NCBI GenBank assembly: GCA_026914245.1
Contig: CP110439.1
Coordinates: 1,488,001-1,552,000, forward strand
Direction: 5' to 3'
DNA length: 64,000 nucleotides
Source of the DNA: Puccinia triticina
Lineage: Eukaryota
This document shows positions 1-13,784 of this stretch, piece by piece. The translations under genes and the position numbers were made by a program. The notes beneath the pieces are model-generated. The model saw only the letters and a list, made by a program, of their open reading frames with translations, did no database searches and was not told the origin of the DNA. The stretch's first letter is position 1. Each line of letters opens with the position of its first letter.

Positions 1-852
1 TTTGAGGGGAAGGGAGATGTGATCTTAAGGAAGAGGAAGTAAAAAGATCCGGAAAACTCTGATGAAGGATGATCGGCGGGCGGAGCCCGTAAGTTGAAAC
101 TCTGAAGATAGGATCTATAAGCTCAGTGATGGTCCGTATTCCGGGGATCAGAATGCCATGGCCACCCATCATCCAAGTTCGAGCTGAACTTGGACTCCGG
201 GCGACATGTCACATACATTTCATCACATCCTCCGCGCGCTACACGCGCACACACTCACAACAAACAAGATAAAAAAGAAGAAAGGAAACAACACAAGGGA
301 AAATTAAGGAAAACACAGCGTGATGAGTCAGGAAGAAAAGAACCAGAGGGAGGAAAATAAAAAGAGGAAAGAGAAAACAGAAAACACTCAAGACAGGCAG
401 AACAAACAGAAGAGAAAGAAATCAGAAACAAACAAGGAAATAAACCCACATCAGGCGCTGTGTTAGGACCAAGAAAGCTGAAGAGGCATGGGGAACTGAG
501 AAGGAAGGGAGATGGGAAAATGGACAGAAGGAAAAGGAGAGATAGGGGAGCCAGTTGAAGGTGGAAATGTGATGAGAAGAGATCTTGAGGCCTGGGGAGT
601 CGGGACTGCACCATAACTTTCATTGAGTCGCAAGACCCAATGTTGGATTACCTAATCAACTTTCATTGAGTCGCGGGACCCAATGTCGGATTACCTAATC
701 AACTTTCATTGAGTCGCGGGACCCAATGACGGATTTCTGTCCACCCCAGCGTGGAAATTGAGTCTTGGGAAGTGAAAATAAACTTGAGTCTTGATGATCC
801 TGCTGGCGGCGGTGATGCTCCTGAATAGCTGGCCACGAGAGGGGCCACCACA
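1..852 (-). mobile_element. LTR of the TGTGG...CCACA Gypsy family, cut by the window start
   Basis: Inverted homolog of 12892-13596 (1-160 near-identical to 13437-13596); ends ...GGCCACCACA at 852, followed by ACGC. Confidence 0.8.
615..735. repeat. 43-bp tandem repeat, ~2.8 copies, inside the LTR
   Basis: Unit AACTTTCATTGAGTCGC(AA/GG)GACCCAATGTYGGATTACCTAATC starts at 615, 658 and 701. Confidence 0.9.
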
Positions 853-1119
853 ACGCTAAAAGCTAAAATAGCTTTGCACCCTGTGCGCGTAGCGTCAGCG
901 CAGATGCGCGCGATTGCAATAACGCTATGCTAAAAAAGAGCGCATTTGCGCTGTGCTACACTACACTAACAGCTATGGTTAGCGTAGCTGACCCACTTTT
1001 GGGCCTTTTCAAACTCATCTGGGGCCTTTGGGCCCCAGAAAAGCTTGCATTGAGCCATTATTCAAATTTATCCAAATATTTGAGCTCAAATTTGCCCGGG
1101 AATTATTTGACTCAAATTT

Positions 1120-1166
1120 AATACAAATACAAATACTCAAATCAATTTGATTTGATGTGCTAGTCT
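1120..1166. mobile_element. hAT-related terminal fragment
   Basis: CAAATACAAATACTCAAATCAATTTGATTTGATGTGCTA closely matches the right subterminal end of the hAT at ~31240-31281. Confidence 0.5.
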
Positions 1167-3229
1167 TTGTTTCCAGGTCAATTTAGGCCTTTTCAGTAAC
1201 CCGCCAAACTACAACAACAGGAATCCTTGCAATTTAAACCTATTTCTAGATTCTTCTTTCAAACCCTTTATTGAGTTGATTTGCTCATGTAAAAATTGTT
1301 CAACCTTTTCCTCCACTCACACAATATTATACTTTTCCTCAACACTGATTCATTGGTTATTTCAAAATCATCTGATGTCCCCAAATAAAATGGTTTCACT
1401 TATTACATCATATTTTTTCAGTGGCTGTGAGGGAGACTTCAAAACAGTGTCTGAATTAAACCTGATCTTAATGCACAGTCTGAGACAAGCAGCGGCGAAG
1501 CCGCCCTAAAAGTTTAGTTGTATTTATTGCAACATTGATGCAGGCTAGTTGTAGTTCAAATTTTGTGACCATTGAAATTCAGTATTACATCAAACTGATA
1601 CTTTGATAAATATCTTTCACAGCCAATGATTTATGGCAGGACAGCAACAAGATAGAGCTTATTACCTTAAGTGGTGATGGCAAAAACTACATCACTGCTA
1701 CAAAATAACTGTCAGCAGATTACATCTTGTACACTGACTTGTCTCATTATCACCAAACAAATGTATGCTGTGGATCTCCATTAAAAAGTGACTAGAGGAC
1801 AAGGCGGCTTTGCCGCTGCAGGTTTATGGTCCACCCTCACAGCTGAGTGCTGCATATAAATTACTCTATTTAGGTTGTGATGGATAATCACTTTACCATA
1901 AGTTCCACCTTGACCAAATGCATATTCATCAAATCAGCCTTCATGCCTAGTTCATTATGCTTTAATTAAATATGATTGAGCTAATCTCTCTGCATTTGAG
2001 ATTAGATATGCTTATATGTAGTGATGCTTATACTAAGACTATCTTGTCTAATCTCCAGCATATCCCTTAACTGACTTGGCCATGCGTCAGTAGCTATTGG
2101 GCAGGAGGAAGACCCGTTTTGCCGGACCATGGGGCTCGGTTGTAATCCATGTTTATTTGAAGGATCACCCAACTTCATTATGTACATAAATAATTACCTC
2201 CCTTCCCGGTGGAGGAGGTTGACCATATTTTGTGTTTTGGTGGGCACCTGCGTGTACTTTTTGCAAACGGACATCCCCCCCAACTCCTTGCACTTATCAG
2301 AACGTGGGTTACATCCCTCAGGACCGGCTAGATCTTTTCTAGCTGCCTGTTGGGCTTTCTTTCCCCTCTACATCCCTCCCCTTCCTTCATGAATTTTTTA
2401 AGGTTGACAAAACTGACTAGTTTTGAGACTCGTCCTATACAATGCTGGAGCACTTCCGTCCAATCTGCAGCCCCTGCAGATGCTGTTTCACAGCCGCAAA
2501 ACCTAAATTTTTGCGGAGAAATGCAGCCCCAGAGTCTAGAGAGGTGAGAGCTCTTACAAGATTTTGTTACAAGATGGACCAATTAGAGTGTTTGAGCAAC
2601 ATCTTGTTTTCCAATCTGCAGGTATCGATGCTGATCATGCACACCTTTGTGCCTGGTACGACAAGATAAAACAGCGCAGTCCGCGAGGATTGCCTGTAGA
2701 TCCTTTGGGCACACTTGTTTCAACGTATGGTTTCTCTAGGTTTCTCTCCACTGAACATCCCAACATCTGGATTCTTCCCCTCAAGATCGGGGCCTGCAGA
2801 CACATACATCCTTGCAGACCGATGATCGCCTCCGCATCTCTGACATCAGATTGGTCCAGCTCCACCGCAGAATTATGCGCTAGTTGCTGTGAGCTTGGTT
2901 TCCGAGCGCGACGGGTAGGCCATCTCATGTCTGTGGATTGGATGGCCTCGTGACCATTGGCTTCGGGTAGTAATGGGGCCACGGCCGGGGGAGAATCATA
3001 ACATAGATCATGGAAAGAATTTGGATGTCTGCGCAAATCTTCTCGAGCCGCTTATCTGCCACACTTACAGTTACCACTACACATACGCTGTTCTAGATGG
3101 GCGTACTCAGGAACCGGTGAGAAAAACACCGCAGACTTTCTGGACACACAAACAAAAAATATTGGTGCAATGTTGTGTCCTCTTTAGGAGCTCTGTATGT
3201 AAACAGAAGTTTTAGACTGGGTGTCGGGG

Positions 3230-4704
3230 TCAGTTCATCTCGTCCATGATTTCAGCTAGTTCGGCTTCCCTACCAAAGTTTTCAACCAGCGTAAGAGTAC
3301 AAGGAACGGAGAATTAGGTCATTAATTTTCAACGCACGCATACACACTATTAAGAAGAAATCGCTTACTCTTCGGCAGTCAGCTCGAACTGGGGTTCTTT
3401 TTTCGTGTGAGATGCAGGCTCGGCATGACTCGGGATAGAGTGGGTGCCAATGTGAGGGGCGAAGCGTCGCTGGAGAATTGTCAGTTCCCATTTGCGCAGG
3501 GTCCCGTCTAAGCCCGAGCTGACGAGCCAGGGCTTGTGCGTCTGGGAGTCGATCCAGATTCTCAAGCAGTTGACCTCGTGCCAATGACCTTTGAGGGCGC
3601 CGAACCAGCCATTAGAGACTGTCTTCAATGTGGCCGAAGGCGCTGGTTTGTGCAGCGGACGGCTGGACGAGACGGCCTGTTCCTGATGCTCGATAGCTTC
3701 GAGGTTGTAGATCCGGATATCTTCGTCCGTGCTGCCAGTGATCAACCAGTTCGGAACGGCCGTCTCAGCGTGGACTGTCTGGGCGAAGAACAGGGGGAGG
3801 TTGAGGACGCAGCGGACGAAGTAAGGCTGCTCGATGCGAAGGATGTTGACGATCCGCTGGGTGGACGAGGGCAGGAGGTCAAGGGCAGAATGGAGGACGG
3901 CGTTGTCGGCAGAGGCCGTCCAGAGTTGCGCACTGGTCTGGTGGTCGATGTCGTGCCGCAGATCACAGCCGATCTTGATATCATTGATGCTCGTCTTGTG
4001 GGGCCAGAAGGTGGAGTCGATGGTGGCTTTGGCGGTCTGTACGTTCGAGGGGATGAGCCAGACTTTGAGGGCGCCCATCGAATTGGCAGACACGAGCAGA
4101 TGGGGCAAGGTGCCGCTCTTCCTGCTGGAGTACGCCTCTTCCTCTGTTGGACAGACGGTCGGGTATGAGTTCAGAGAGTCAATCGGCCGGGTGTGTGATT
4201 TGAGGGTCCCGCGACACACCATCGGAGGATAGAGGGCGTCCGGCCCCGTGGACCGAGTGCTCAAGGATGGAGAGTTGAAGTTTGGGAGACCCGCCGGGGC
4301 GTCTTCTATGGCATCTTCAGCCGCGATCTCCTGCTCCGTTTTTGACCGATTTGCCTCGATCTTCGCCCGCCTTCGCGCGTGACATTGCGCCTCAATCTCG
4401 CTACAGTCAAATGACTCGATCGACTGCTTGAAGTCCCACAGTCGGATGTCCCGGTCTGTCGAGCCGGACACCAAAAGACCCAGATTAGGGATGATATGGA
4501 TTGACTTGACGAAGTCAACGTGGCCGGTAGAGGTTGATAATAAGACTTGGGTCTTTCAGGAAACAAATACAAATCAGCTGTATCAAAAAAAAAAAGCATA
4601 TACAATGCTCACCTCGACGTCCCATGTTTTGATGGTCTTGTCCCACGAGCCCGTGAATAAGATCTTGTGTTTTTGTTGCGCTGTGATGGGATGAGTGAAG
4701 AGGC
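3230..4704 (-). CDS. WD40-repeat protein, 3 visible exons, 5' end not found
   Basis: Motifs LFTGSWDKTIKTWD, GHVDFVK..LVSGSTDRDIRLWD, GHWHEVNCL..VSSGLDGTLRKW; GT-AG introns 4553-4612 and 3270-3368 join in frame; ends LTAEEEAELAEIMDEMN* at 3230. Confidence 0.85.
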
Positions 4705-4846
4705 TGGGAGGGAAGGATGGTTGGAGGTTTGGGCGTGTTAGCTTTGGGTTAGTGGCTGGTGAGCCCCTGGCAACTGGCTGGCTACGGTTGGCGATGATGT
4801 GGCACTTGCAACAACATAACAACCAAGGGCGGTGCGGCGTGGCATT

Positions 4847-5069
4847 TTCAACAAGGTAGCGACCGAGTTTTGCGCATCGAGGCCTATTTAGGCGTAGACA
4901 CAAATGGTGGTGTGAGTGCGGGTGTTGAGTATATAAGGAGCCTCTGGAGTGGGGGATGAAGCTAACTTAACTAAGTCTCACCCTCCTACAGGTGGAGTGG
5001 TAAAACACTGGTCGCATTGCGCCGACCGGAGGGAGGGACTTACGCACTAAACGGACTTACAGGCTGACA
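4847..5069 (-). mobile_element. Probable short solo LTR
   Basis: Ends GGCTGACA like other LTRs here; GCATT flanks both sides (4842-4846, 5070-5074); TATATA inside; the other terminus is not TG. Confidence 0.45.
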
Positions 5070-5235
5070 GCATTTGGTTTTTTGGTGGGGACTTTTTTAA
5101 AACTGCCCTCACCCATCCATTTCCTGTCCAATTTCATTATTGTTTGGATTTCCATGATGACCAAAGTCTTATATATCCATGTACTATACCCACCTATCCC
5201 CAACCTGTCTTCTTGATGTGCCATGTCCCTTGTAA

Positions 5236-5528
5236 GAGCATCCTTACCAGTGACTAGTTTAGCTCAAAACTAGCTAGTTTAGCCACCAATCTCAACCACA
5301 CCGGGTGTAGCTAAGCCCAAGCTAAATTAGTGAGAAGCTTGAATTTCAGCTAACCGTCACTACATTTAGTGACGGTTAGCTCGAAGCTAACTGCCATTTC
5401 CCGCGCCCACCACTCAGCTCCACCCCGCACAAGCAGAACCGATACGGCTGAATCGCTGTCGCTAAGTTAGTTTGCAACAGCTGCAAGTCAAAACTCGCGC
5501 CAACATAGCTCGACCGGTAAGGATGCTC
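5236..5528. mobile_element. Tourist/PIF-Harbinger-like MITE
   Basis: 13-bp perfect TIR GAGCATCCTTACC...GGTAAGGATGCTC; TAA TSD on both sides. Confidence 0.9.
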
Positions 5529-6877
5529 TAACATCATGAGTTTTGGATTCTGTACAGTGTGAACTTTGTAATATAGGATGAAGCAGACCACAGATAGTCA
5601 CAAGAAATAGATCTGAGGGATTCTGAAGGCCTCAAAAAATTCAGAAAAAGTTGGAGAGATTCTCCTTGATCTTGGGAATCTTTTGTTCCCCCAAACCTTT
5701 GCTGCCCAATGGGAAAGGGTGAAGCCAGAAACATTTGAAAAACAACATAATTCTGATTCTGTCAGCCCAAACTTGGACATTGGGTGTAAGTCCCTCCTTT
5801 GGAGGGTCCCTGCGGGACAGCGTCCCCCCTCAAATAGAGGGACTTTGTTAAGTTAGGGGATGAAGGCCAGGCGACTCCCCCGGCTGCGTTTCCAGCGGGG
5901 GTTTTGTCTCACCCCGTCCGCTGTTGCACTTGTGCAGTCTGGCAGGGATTATTTGTTGGCCCCCCTTTGCTTAACCGCTGGGGGTCATCCTCCCACTTGT
6001 TTTTTGACCCTGCTAGACAGGGATGGACAGTGGGCCATGATATCTCAGCTTGCTGGATTAGGTGGCAGGTTGCCGGTTGCTTTTTTGAATAAATTGTTGT
6101 AATGTGACTTTGTTGTGCCATGTATTTTATGTGGGGAAAACCCTGGCCTTTTTCTTATGATTTTTTGTAAAGGGGAATCCCTGGCATTTTTTTTTTGTGA
6201 TTTTGGTATTTTGTAGGGGGAACCCTTGATTTTTTTTTCCATGATTCTCAAGCTTTAATATACTTGGATGTACAGCTCCAAAAGCTGGATTTCCCTGCAA
6301 AACTCTAGACTTTTTGTTTGTAAATCAGCATCTGCAAGTATCCCAGATTTGACATCAATTAATCAAACGGATGACTTCCTGTATCCTGAATTGTATGATT
6401 TGGAAGGACACTGTAAACCTTGTTTACAGGTAAAAAAATTCTGCAAACAATTTTGACCAGCAAGCAAGACTTAGCCTATCTTTCTAAATTAACAGCTTTA
6501 GCCAAAATGAAGACCTCCAATACATACTGTTCACTCAAGAATCTGCATAATTTTGAAACTTGTGTACTCAGCTGCTGCTTGAGACTGCTGCAACACTGAA
6601 ACATTGTAAGAGAAAGTTTACTGTGCATAGATGTGCTCATTTATATTAATGTCACTTTTTGAGTCAAGCATGTCTGAAACTATACACAAATTTTTCACTG
6701 TATCCAATCTTGGAAGGCTTTTCCCACTGCTGGTGCACAAGCACCTAAACCTAATAGTATGTACATAAAACTGTCATCCCCTTCTGTGGAAAAAAAAGGG
6801 TTCCTACTAATATATAAAGGTGGTTGCAAATTGTTTTTGAGCTTGCTTCAGGACAAAAGACCACTGATCCACAAAAT

Positions 6878-8814
6878 ATGCCCAACTCTTGTCTACTAAT
6901 TACTTTTATAATATGCACCTTCCAGATTTTTGGATTTCAAGCAGTTGAGCCACTAAAGGATTTGGTAATTGATAGAACAGACCATGCCACAGAATCATCC
7001 ATTTCAGATAGCACCATAAACACCAGGGGAAATATAAATGAAGTTTTACACATAGGTGGAGGAAAAAAAGATGATTTTATTGCAAGCAATACACAGCCAT
7101 CATCCCTTGAAGGTAAGACTAACCCTATTACTATTATTTATTTTGTAGGTCAAAATAAAATGATTGGTCTGAATCTTCTTTTTTTATCCTGCTGATTCAT
7201 CTGCTCAGTTATTCATACTGCAGCTACCAGTGCAAAAAAATCAAGAAAACCTAGTGTAACATCTGACAGAGAATTGGAAAAAGGCACAAAGGAATGTTAC
7301 ACAAGAACCTTGAAAAATTTTCATATCTGGAAATCTAGTGTCTCAAAGTTGCACCTACATAAGGCTGAACTCCATGTAATTAAACGGGATATGAAAGAGA
7401 TAAATAAAGCACTTGAAAATTTGTTTCAAAACAGAATTGATGAGTTCAGAGGTAAGCCATGTCAATCAAAGGAAAAGAAAATTGAAGTGAACAGAAATCC
7501 TGCTGCATCAATCAAGGAGAAAATGGAGACAAATTGGCTAAATTTGGTAGCAGATATCAACAATTTGTGGGAGTTTCTAGAGCCTATTGATGAAGAGGAA
7601 TCAATCTCATTTGTCAGAAAAGGAAGTGATTTCATGATTGATTTCTTCATTGACTTGCAAAAGCATCAAATTATCATATAAGAAGAGTCTCTCCAATTTC
7701 TTAAACAATGAGGGCGGCTCAAAAATAATATCCACATATGCCTACAACAGATTCCTTCAACCCAGATTAGATGTATGCAAGCTTTACATGAACTTCAATG
7801 TTAAACTGAGTCTTCTTGAAGGACCTGCAACAGAAAAGGTGGCAGATCTTTTGAAAGGTTAGTCAAATTAAATAGAAACTAAGGGGAAATCCAAAAAATT
7901 ATAGATGACATATTTCAATGATTCTCTTCTTTACTTACAAATGTACAGTTTTAAACAAGGATGCATGGATACAAATTGAATTTGATTATTTAAAGTCTCA
8001 AATCATAGCTTATTCTCAAGAGGCTCAAAAAGAAGAACCTGATGACATTCAATACTTATGTGACTGGTTCCTTGGATTGGCAGCACCAAAATCCATGGAC
8101 AAAATATCAGAAAAAATAGTGATAGATTTCATGAAAGAATCTATTGTTTATTTAAAAGGATGGATAAATGTACACAATGCAGTCTGGTGGCAAATAGAAG
8201 CAAGATCTCTTATTTCAACTAAGCTTGTCTATGACATGATCAGTTTCATCCTGCGTTATAACCAACAAATCAAAACTACCATTGAAAGAGAAAATCAAGG
8301 GGACCAATTTTTTATTGACATGTGTGTGATTGAGAATTGTGTTTTGCTTCTATCTAGCATATATCACTCAATATATGTCAGGGCTAGAGAATATCAAAGC
8401 CTCTTGGATGATTTACCCTGGATACCTGATTTTCTGGTGGATAGCAATGAAAACAGGCAGGTTTCACTCTTTTCTGTAAATGAACAAGAGGCAGAAGAAA
8501 TAGGAGATTGTTTTGACAAGGATCTAGAGCCATGGCTTGAAGAAATTAAAGAAAATGAATCAGTTCAAAAATCCATCCAAAAGTGCAAATATTTTATTTC
8601 AAGGTGGTGCTACTCCTGTATGAAAATTTTTTATTGGGGGGAGGAAGACGGATATAAACATGCATATATAGCTCTCATTCAAAACATCCCCAAATCTTTT
8701 AATATCATCATCAAGCATTATGAGAAGTTATTCCAAGAAAGGCTTCCAAGAGAAAAGTTCAATGAAAGAATGAACAAGGTCACTTTTTATCCAAACTATC
8801 CTTTGCAGATCTAA
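6878..8814 (+). pseudogene. Candidate secreted effector-like protein, copy A (frameshifted in exon 2)
   Basis: Hydrophobic N-terminus MPNSCLLITFIICTFQIFGFQA; introns 7113-7208 and 7858-7948; 1-nt insertion near 7678 (ATC ATA TAA versus ATC ACT AAG in copy B); paralog at 42725-44666. Confidence 0.75.
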
Positions 8815-10396
8815 AGTTTTCTTCTTTGGCTTATTTTTAGCAATTTTACTTGTCTTCAATCTCATTTTTATTTTTTATTTCACATTCATGTCACTCCTTT
8901 CATTTTGTGCACTATGCATGTGATGTTTTTCCCTTATTTATTATGCTTAATCAACATGCCCCAAGTTGATCAGATCTAAGTTTATTAAAGACAGATAATC
9001 ACAAAAACAAGAATCAAGGGTTTCCCCCACAAAATAATAACAAGAAAAAAAAGAAAGTCAAACAACAACACCAGAACCAATACCCATCCTCTTCTAGAGA
9101 GGTTGCAAGTATTGGGCAGATAACCCCCAGCGCCCCGAATTTGAGGCAATTGCAAAGGGGGGTCATCAAGAATTAACCCTCAAACTGTGCAAGTGCAACA
9201 GCGGAGGGGTTGAGGACGAGCTGCCAGCTGGAAGTGCAGTGGCAGAGAACCTCCTGGGGTAAGAAAAATCTAAACCCCAGGTTTATATACCCCAACCAAC
9301 TCACCCACCTTGAGTTTTTGGGTATGTATGCCTACAAGAACTGTACGGGCAGTCGCGAGGCAGCAGCGTGGTGGTGGCGTCGCCCTCCATGCTGTATGTT
9401 GTGTGTAACATGGAGGGTTGAGTACTGGCTGTACCAGTCACTATGCTCCAAGGCAGCGGGTTGCCCCTACTACAAAGGCCTGCCACAATGGTTGCTACAT
9501 GCCGCGCCACCCACTCCGCTCGCCTCGCGCATTTCATTTGCTACACAGCGGGGCAGAGTCGGGGCGCCCAGCCGGCGCACCAGCAGTGCAGGCGCCACAT
9601 TGGCGCCACTGGGGCTCATGAGGACACACAGTCATTGTGACGCCCCCTGTCATGAACCGGGGCGCCACTGGTTGAGGTGCGAGCTTAACAAAGCCTCTCT
9701 GGAGGAGGGCCCCGCAGGGTCTCTGTCTCACAGAGAGGCTTGCCCCCAAGCGGCGAGGTTTGGAGTGAATCCCGACGGGCCCAAGGCTCGGCCAACCCCC
9801 AAATTTCATTAAATCCTTTATTACACATCAACCACTGCCAGGATAGGCCCATGAGTGGCATGGCCTTGAAGCCTAGCTTCTTGCGCAGGCAGCCAGCCAT
9901 CCACCATCCATCAAGCCCCTTGTAGAGCTGCTGGACATGCTTTCAAAAACCATGCCAAGCTTGTCCCAGCGAGCAGAGTGTGTTTTTTTCAACTCCTGTA
10001 CACATTTTATGTGTGGCCTGCATATCGAATGTAGTTCAGGGTTCAATTCAAACACTAAACATACTTCATGTACTTATTAGAAGTAATTGAAACTTTCATG
10101 TACTTATCCAATAGTATGGTGTAAGATCAATCCTGGAATCCTGATTCCATGACTTTACATCCTTGTAGCTTTAAGGTCATTCAAGGCATCAACATGTGGC
10201 CTATGTAGTCTTGAAGGCCAGATGCAGACGTTCAATTTGGCACCTGGGCGGCCTATTTGGCCACCAGGATGCTATAGAAAAGTGGTGCCAAACTTTCACA
10301 CCAGCCAAATGGGTGAAAGCTGTACTCAGGACTCACGCCAAATTTTGCCGCTTAGTCCCAAGTCCCTCCTTTAGAGGCTCGCACTTCGCGCGAGGG

Positions 10397-10649
10397 TGTA
10401 AGAGTTTCACCAAGGCTCCACCCTTACATAAGCTGTGTTGTAATAGAAGCATTATTATCCATGCTTATACATAGTATTCCCGCTTTATATAGTTTTGATC
10501 CCATCTCTTCTCTTCTCCCCCAAGCTGGTCTTCCCCTTCTTCCTTCTTTCATCGGCCGATCTCAGAAATTCACATTCTTTTTATAGACTTCAGGCCTTTG
10601 GCCCTCCGTCCCTCCGTTCCTTTCAGTGAGGGTTCACAGAACCCTTACA
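10397..10649. mobile_element. Solo LTR, 253 bp
   Basis: TGTAAG...CTTACA termini; 5-bp TSD GAGGG on both sides. Confidence 0.85.
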
Positions 10650-10711
10650 GAGGGGCCCCTGCCCGCCCCTCAGAAGAGGGACTGACTAAGTTTGGTTGAG
10701 GTGACGCCCTC

Positions 10712-10922
10712 ACACCTATGATAGTGGAGAGCTGACATCTAAAGGGTGAGTTCCCAGATGTTTGGGAAAGCACCCTTTAGACGCCCTTCTCCGAATTGGC
10801 GGGCAGCTTAGAGCCGCTTGAGCTGCACAGAGTTCGCCTGCCAAATCTCAGCTGCCCCCCTTGACTCTATTTCTGTGTGGCCTGATCATGTCTGCACCGC
10901 AACTGGAACTCCAAACCTGTGC
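10712..10922. repeat. Dispersed repeat, inverted copy at ~33642-33850
   Basis: ~210 bp reverse-complement match (GAGAGCTGACATCTAAAGGGTGAGTTCCC...). Confidence 0.8.
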
Positions 10923-11372
10923 AAGTTTATGTAAATATGTACATATTCCCTTGTATATACATACACAATTTGTAACTCAAGGTAACACGTAACTTGGACT
11001 TTGTCATTGGGCCTTTTGTTTTCTTCTTCTTACTTGTGCTTCAAACTAGCCTCGGCCATGGTATCCGACAGACACAAGTTCCACCGCTCTTCCCGACTTC
11101 CCGCGCGAGAAACTCGGCTACAGAGGCAATACCAACTCGCCAAGAAAAAGGAAGCTGAAGATGAGATGGTGGCATACCATGCGGACAATGCTTGACGGGC
11201 TGCTGAGCAAGCCGTAAGAACCCAAGATGTGAATGCACCCAATTTTTCTGAGGACTATTCAACTCACCCGGTGTGGAACTCTGGCCGGTGCTAGGCCGGC
11301 AGCAGTTCGGGGAGGGGAAAAAAAGAAAACTGAGAATAGGATGCGTATGCCCTCCGGGTGATTGGCCGTGAG

Positions 11373-12821
11373 TGTCAGCTGGCTACTATGTCAGAGCCAC
11401 CGTGACATAATATCACAGAAAAATAATAAAATTGTTACATATGTTAGAGACATTATTACTAATCTCCTACATATGTAACACTATAAAAAGTATAAATATT
11501 ACCTATGAAAGAGACATTATTACGCACTCTTACATATGTAAATTGTAGAATATTACTTCAGATTCCTAATCCACGCCTAAAATAAACTAGGGTACCTCAC
11601 TGCAACGTACCCTAAACTCTTACTCCTTCCCTGTGTAAATTACACATGAAAATATACCCAGTTACCACGGATAAGGTAGCGCTCATGCTTATATGCTCAT
11701 GTACATATGCTTGTAAGCGCCACAGACACCCAAAAAGGCCGTGATCACGCCATACTATGAAGATATGACACCTTCTGAGTCCCATGAGCGCCTAGAATGT
11801 TCCATTACATATGTAATGATGTAAATAAAACATTCTTGACGCACAAAGATAAGAAGTACCAACCAATTGGTACATGTGATGTCATTATGTAGACCAAAGC
11901 AGAACAATTGGCCACACGTGACAGTCTGCATGTCCCAAACAGTAATTACTATTATGTAACCTGTAAATTAGCCTGAAACAATTACCATGTGTTTCAGACT
12001 AATTATGATACAGGAGCATCATAAGTGGCCCAATCTAGAAGATAGGACACACGTAACAACCCCTACTAGTTAGAAGTGTTTTAGACTAGTCCTGATACGG
12101 CCAAATATTACTTTTGCAGCCATTTGCACGCCCCAAAAAGGAATAGTCCTCCTGTAGCGTTGCCAAATTGGTCTAAAATCACGCCCACAAGTTGGCCAAC
12201 CGCCAAATTGAGCCAGAATTACGCCCACAAGTTGGCCAGCAGCTATATGGCTCCCTGAGCGCTCCCTGAGGGCTTTCATGACTATTTAAAGGGCCCTCTG
12301 TGCGCTCCAAAGACCCTCCCTCATGCTATTACACCTACTCTGATCATTACCCGCTTCCAACACGTGCTCAACACCTGTTCTCTGCCTGGTAAGATCCTTA
12401 GTTGCTGACTTTAGCTCAATTCCTTCGTCTGAATCTGCTCAGATTCTCCCCTGAAGAACCTCAAGACTTTAAGGGCTTAATTCTAGTAAGTTTAACCCCT
12501 TTCTCTTGAGATTCTCCGCTTCATTCTTGCTGGGATCTAAACCACCCCTGCTTGCAGGCCCCAGTACTAACAGGTACCTAAATCTTCTGCTTTTGCACGA
12601 TACCTTAGAGGGATCTAAACCACCCCTGCTTGCAGGCCCCTCTTATTTTAATTATATTAATTTTATTAATATAATTAAACTACTATTTCTCTATTTTTTT
12701 ACGCCACACAACCTCTCCAAAGCCTTGGATATCATCCCCAGAGTCCTTAAAACTCTAGTATTTCACTTTGCAGCTCGTGTAGCTAGAAGGATTATTGTCC
12801 TTGGCATCACGCAGGCTGACA
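11373..12821. mobile_element. Nested solo LTR, 1449 bp
   Basis: TGTCAGC...GCTGACA termini; TSD GTGAG on both sides; internal 31-bp direct repeat at ~12531 and ~12610. Confidence 0.85.
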
Positions 12822-12891
12822 GTGAGTGAGCGCTGAGAGATTCGTGTAAGCGTGGGGGGGAGTTGATTTTACGACGGCTGTAGATGCGCGT

Positions 12892-13784
12892 TGTGGTGGC
12901 CCCTCTTGTGGCCAGCTAGTCAGGAGCAACACCGCCGCCAGCGAGATCATCAAGGTCCCTCTTTTCCCCTCATCTTCCAACCTCCTTCAAGATCTTTCTG
13001 CCCTTCTTCCTTCTTCCTCCTTTCCACCTTTCCATCTCCTCTTTCCTTTCCATTCCCCCTTTTTTCCTTCATCCTCAAAATCCCCCTCTTCTTCTCAGTC
13101 TCCGTCCCTGTCTCATCTTTCTTGGTCCTAACACAGCATCTGCTGTGGGTTTATTCCCTGTTTTTGTTTTCTGGCTCCTTCTCTCCTGTTTGATTTTTGT
13201 CTGTCTTGAGTGTTTCTTTCTCCTCTGTTCTCTTTCCCTTTCTTTTCTCTGTTTCTTCTCCTTCTGTCTCATCTCATTCTGATTTCCTCATTTCTTTGTG
13301 TTGTGTCTTCTTTTCTCCTTCTTCTGTTGTCTGTTGTGTGTGTGTGCGCGAGTAGCGCGCGGAGGATATGATGAAATCTATGTGACATGTGGCTCTCCTG
13401 GAGTCCAAGTTCGCCAAACTTGGATGATGGGAGAGGCATGGCATTCTGATCCCCAGAATACGGACCATCACTGAGCTTATAGATCCTATCTTCAGAGTTT
13501 CAACTTACGGGCTCCGCCCGCCGATCATCCTTCATCAGAGTTTTCCGGATCTTTTTACTTCCTCTTCCTTAAGATCACATCTCCCTTCCCCTCAAACAAA
13601 ACAACCGCCGCCGAGGATCCAAAACCCCGGCGAACTTCTCAAAACCACCCAAAACCCAATAGCTATCCCTGATCCCCCCCATTTTCAGCGCTCATCACCA
13701 CGGACCACCCAGCCACGAGGGCAGCCTAAACAGCACCCATCCCCTCACACGACTGCCTCCGCTTGTACGGACAGGAGTCCCTCA
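12892..13784 (+). mobile_element. Nested solo LTR (TGTGG family, opposite orientation)
   Basis: TGTGGTGG...GTCCCTCA; 4-bp TSD GCGT (12888-12891, 13785-13788); homologous to 1-852. Confidence 0.8.

Noticed and set aside
615..735. CRISPR-like array with palindromic repeats
   Set aside because: No unique spacers, no cas genes, eukaryotic context.
2002..3215. Cluster of short ORFs
   Set aside because: No recognisable motifs or consistent exon structure.
3536..4232. Plus-strand ORFs of 210 and 132 aa
   Set aside because: Antisense shadows of the WD40 exon.
9210..9925. Overlapping GC-rich ORFs (also 33848-34344 and 45875-46678)
   Set aside because: Open in several frames because of GC content or antisense overlap; no domain evidence.
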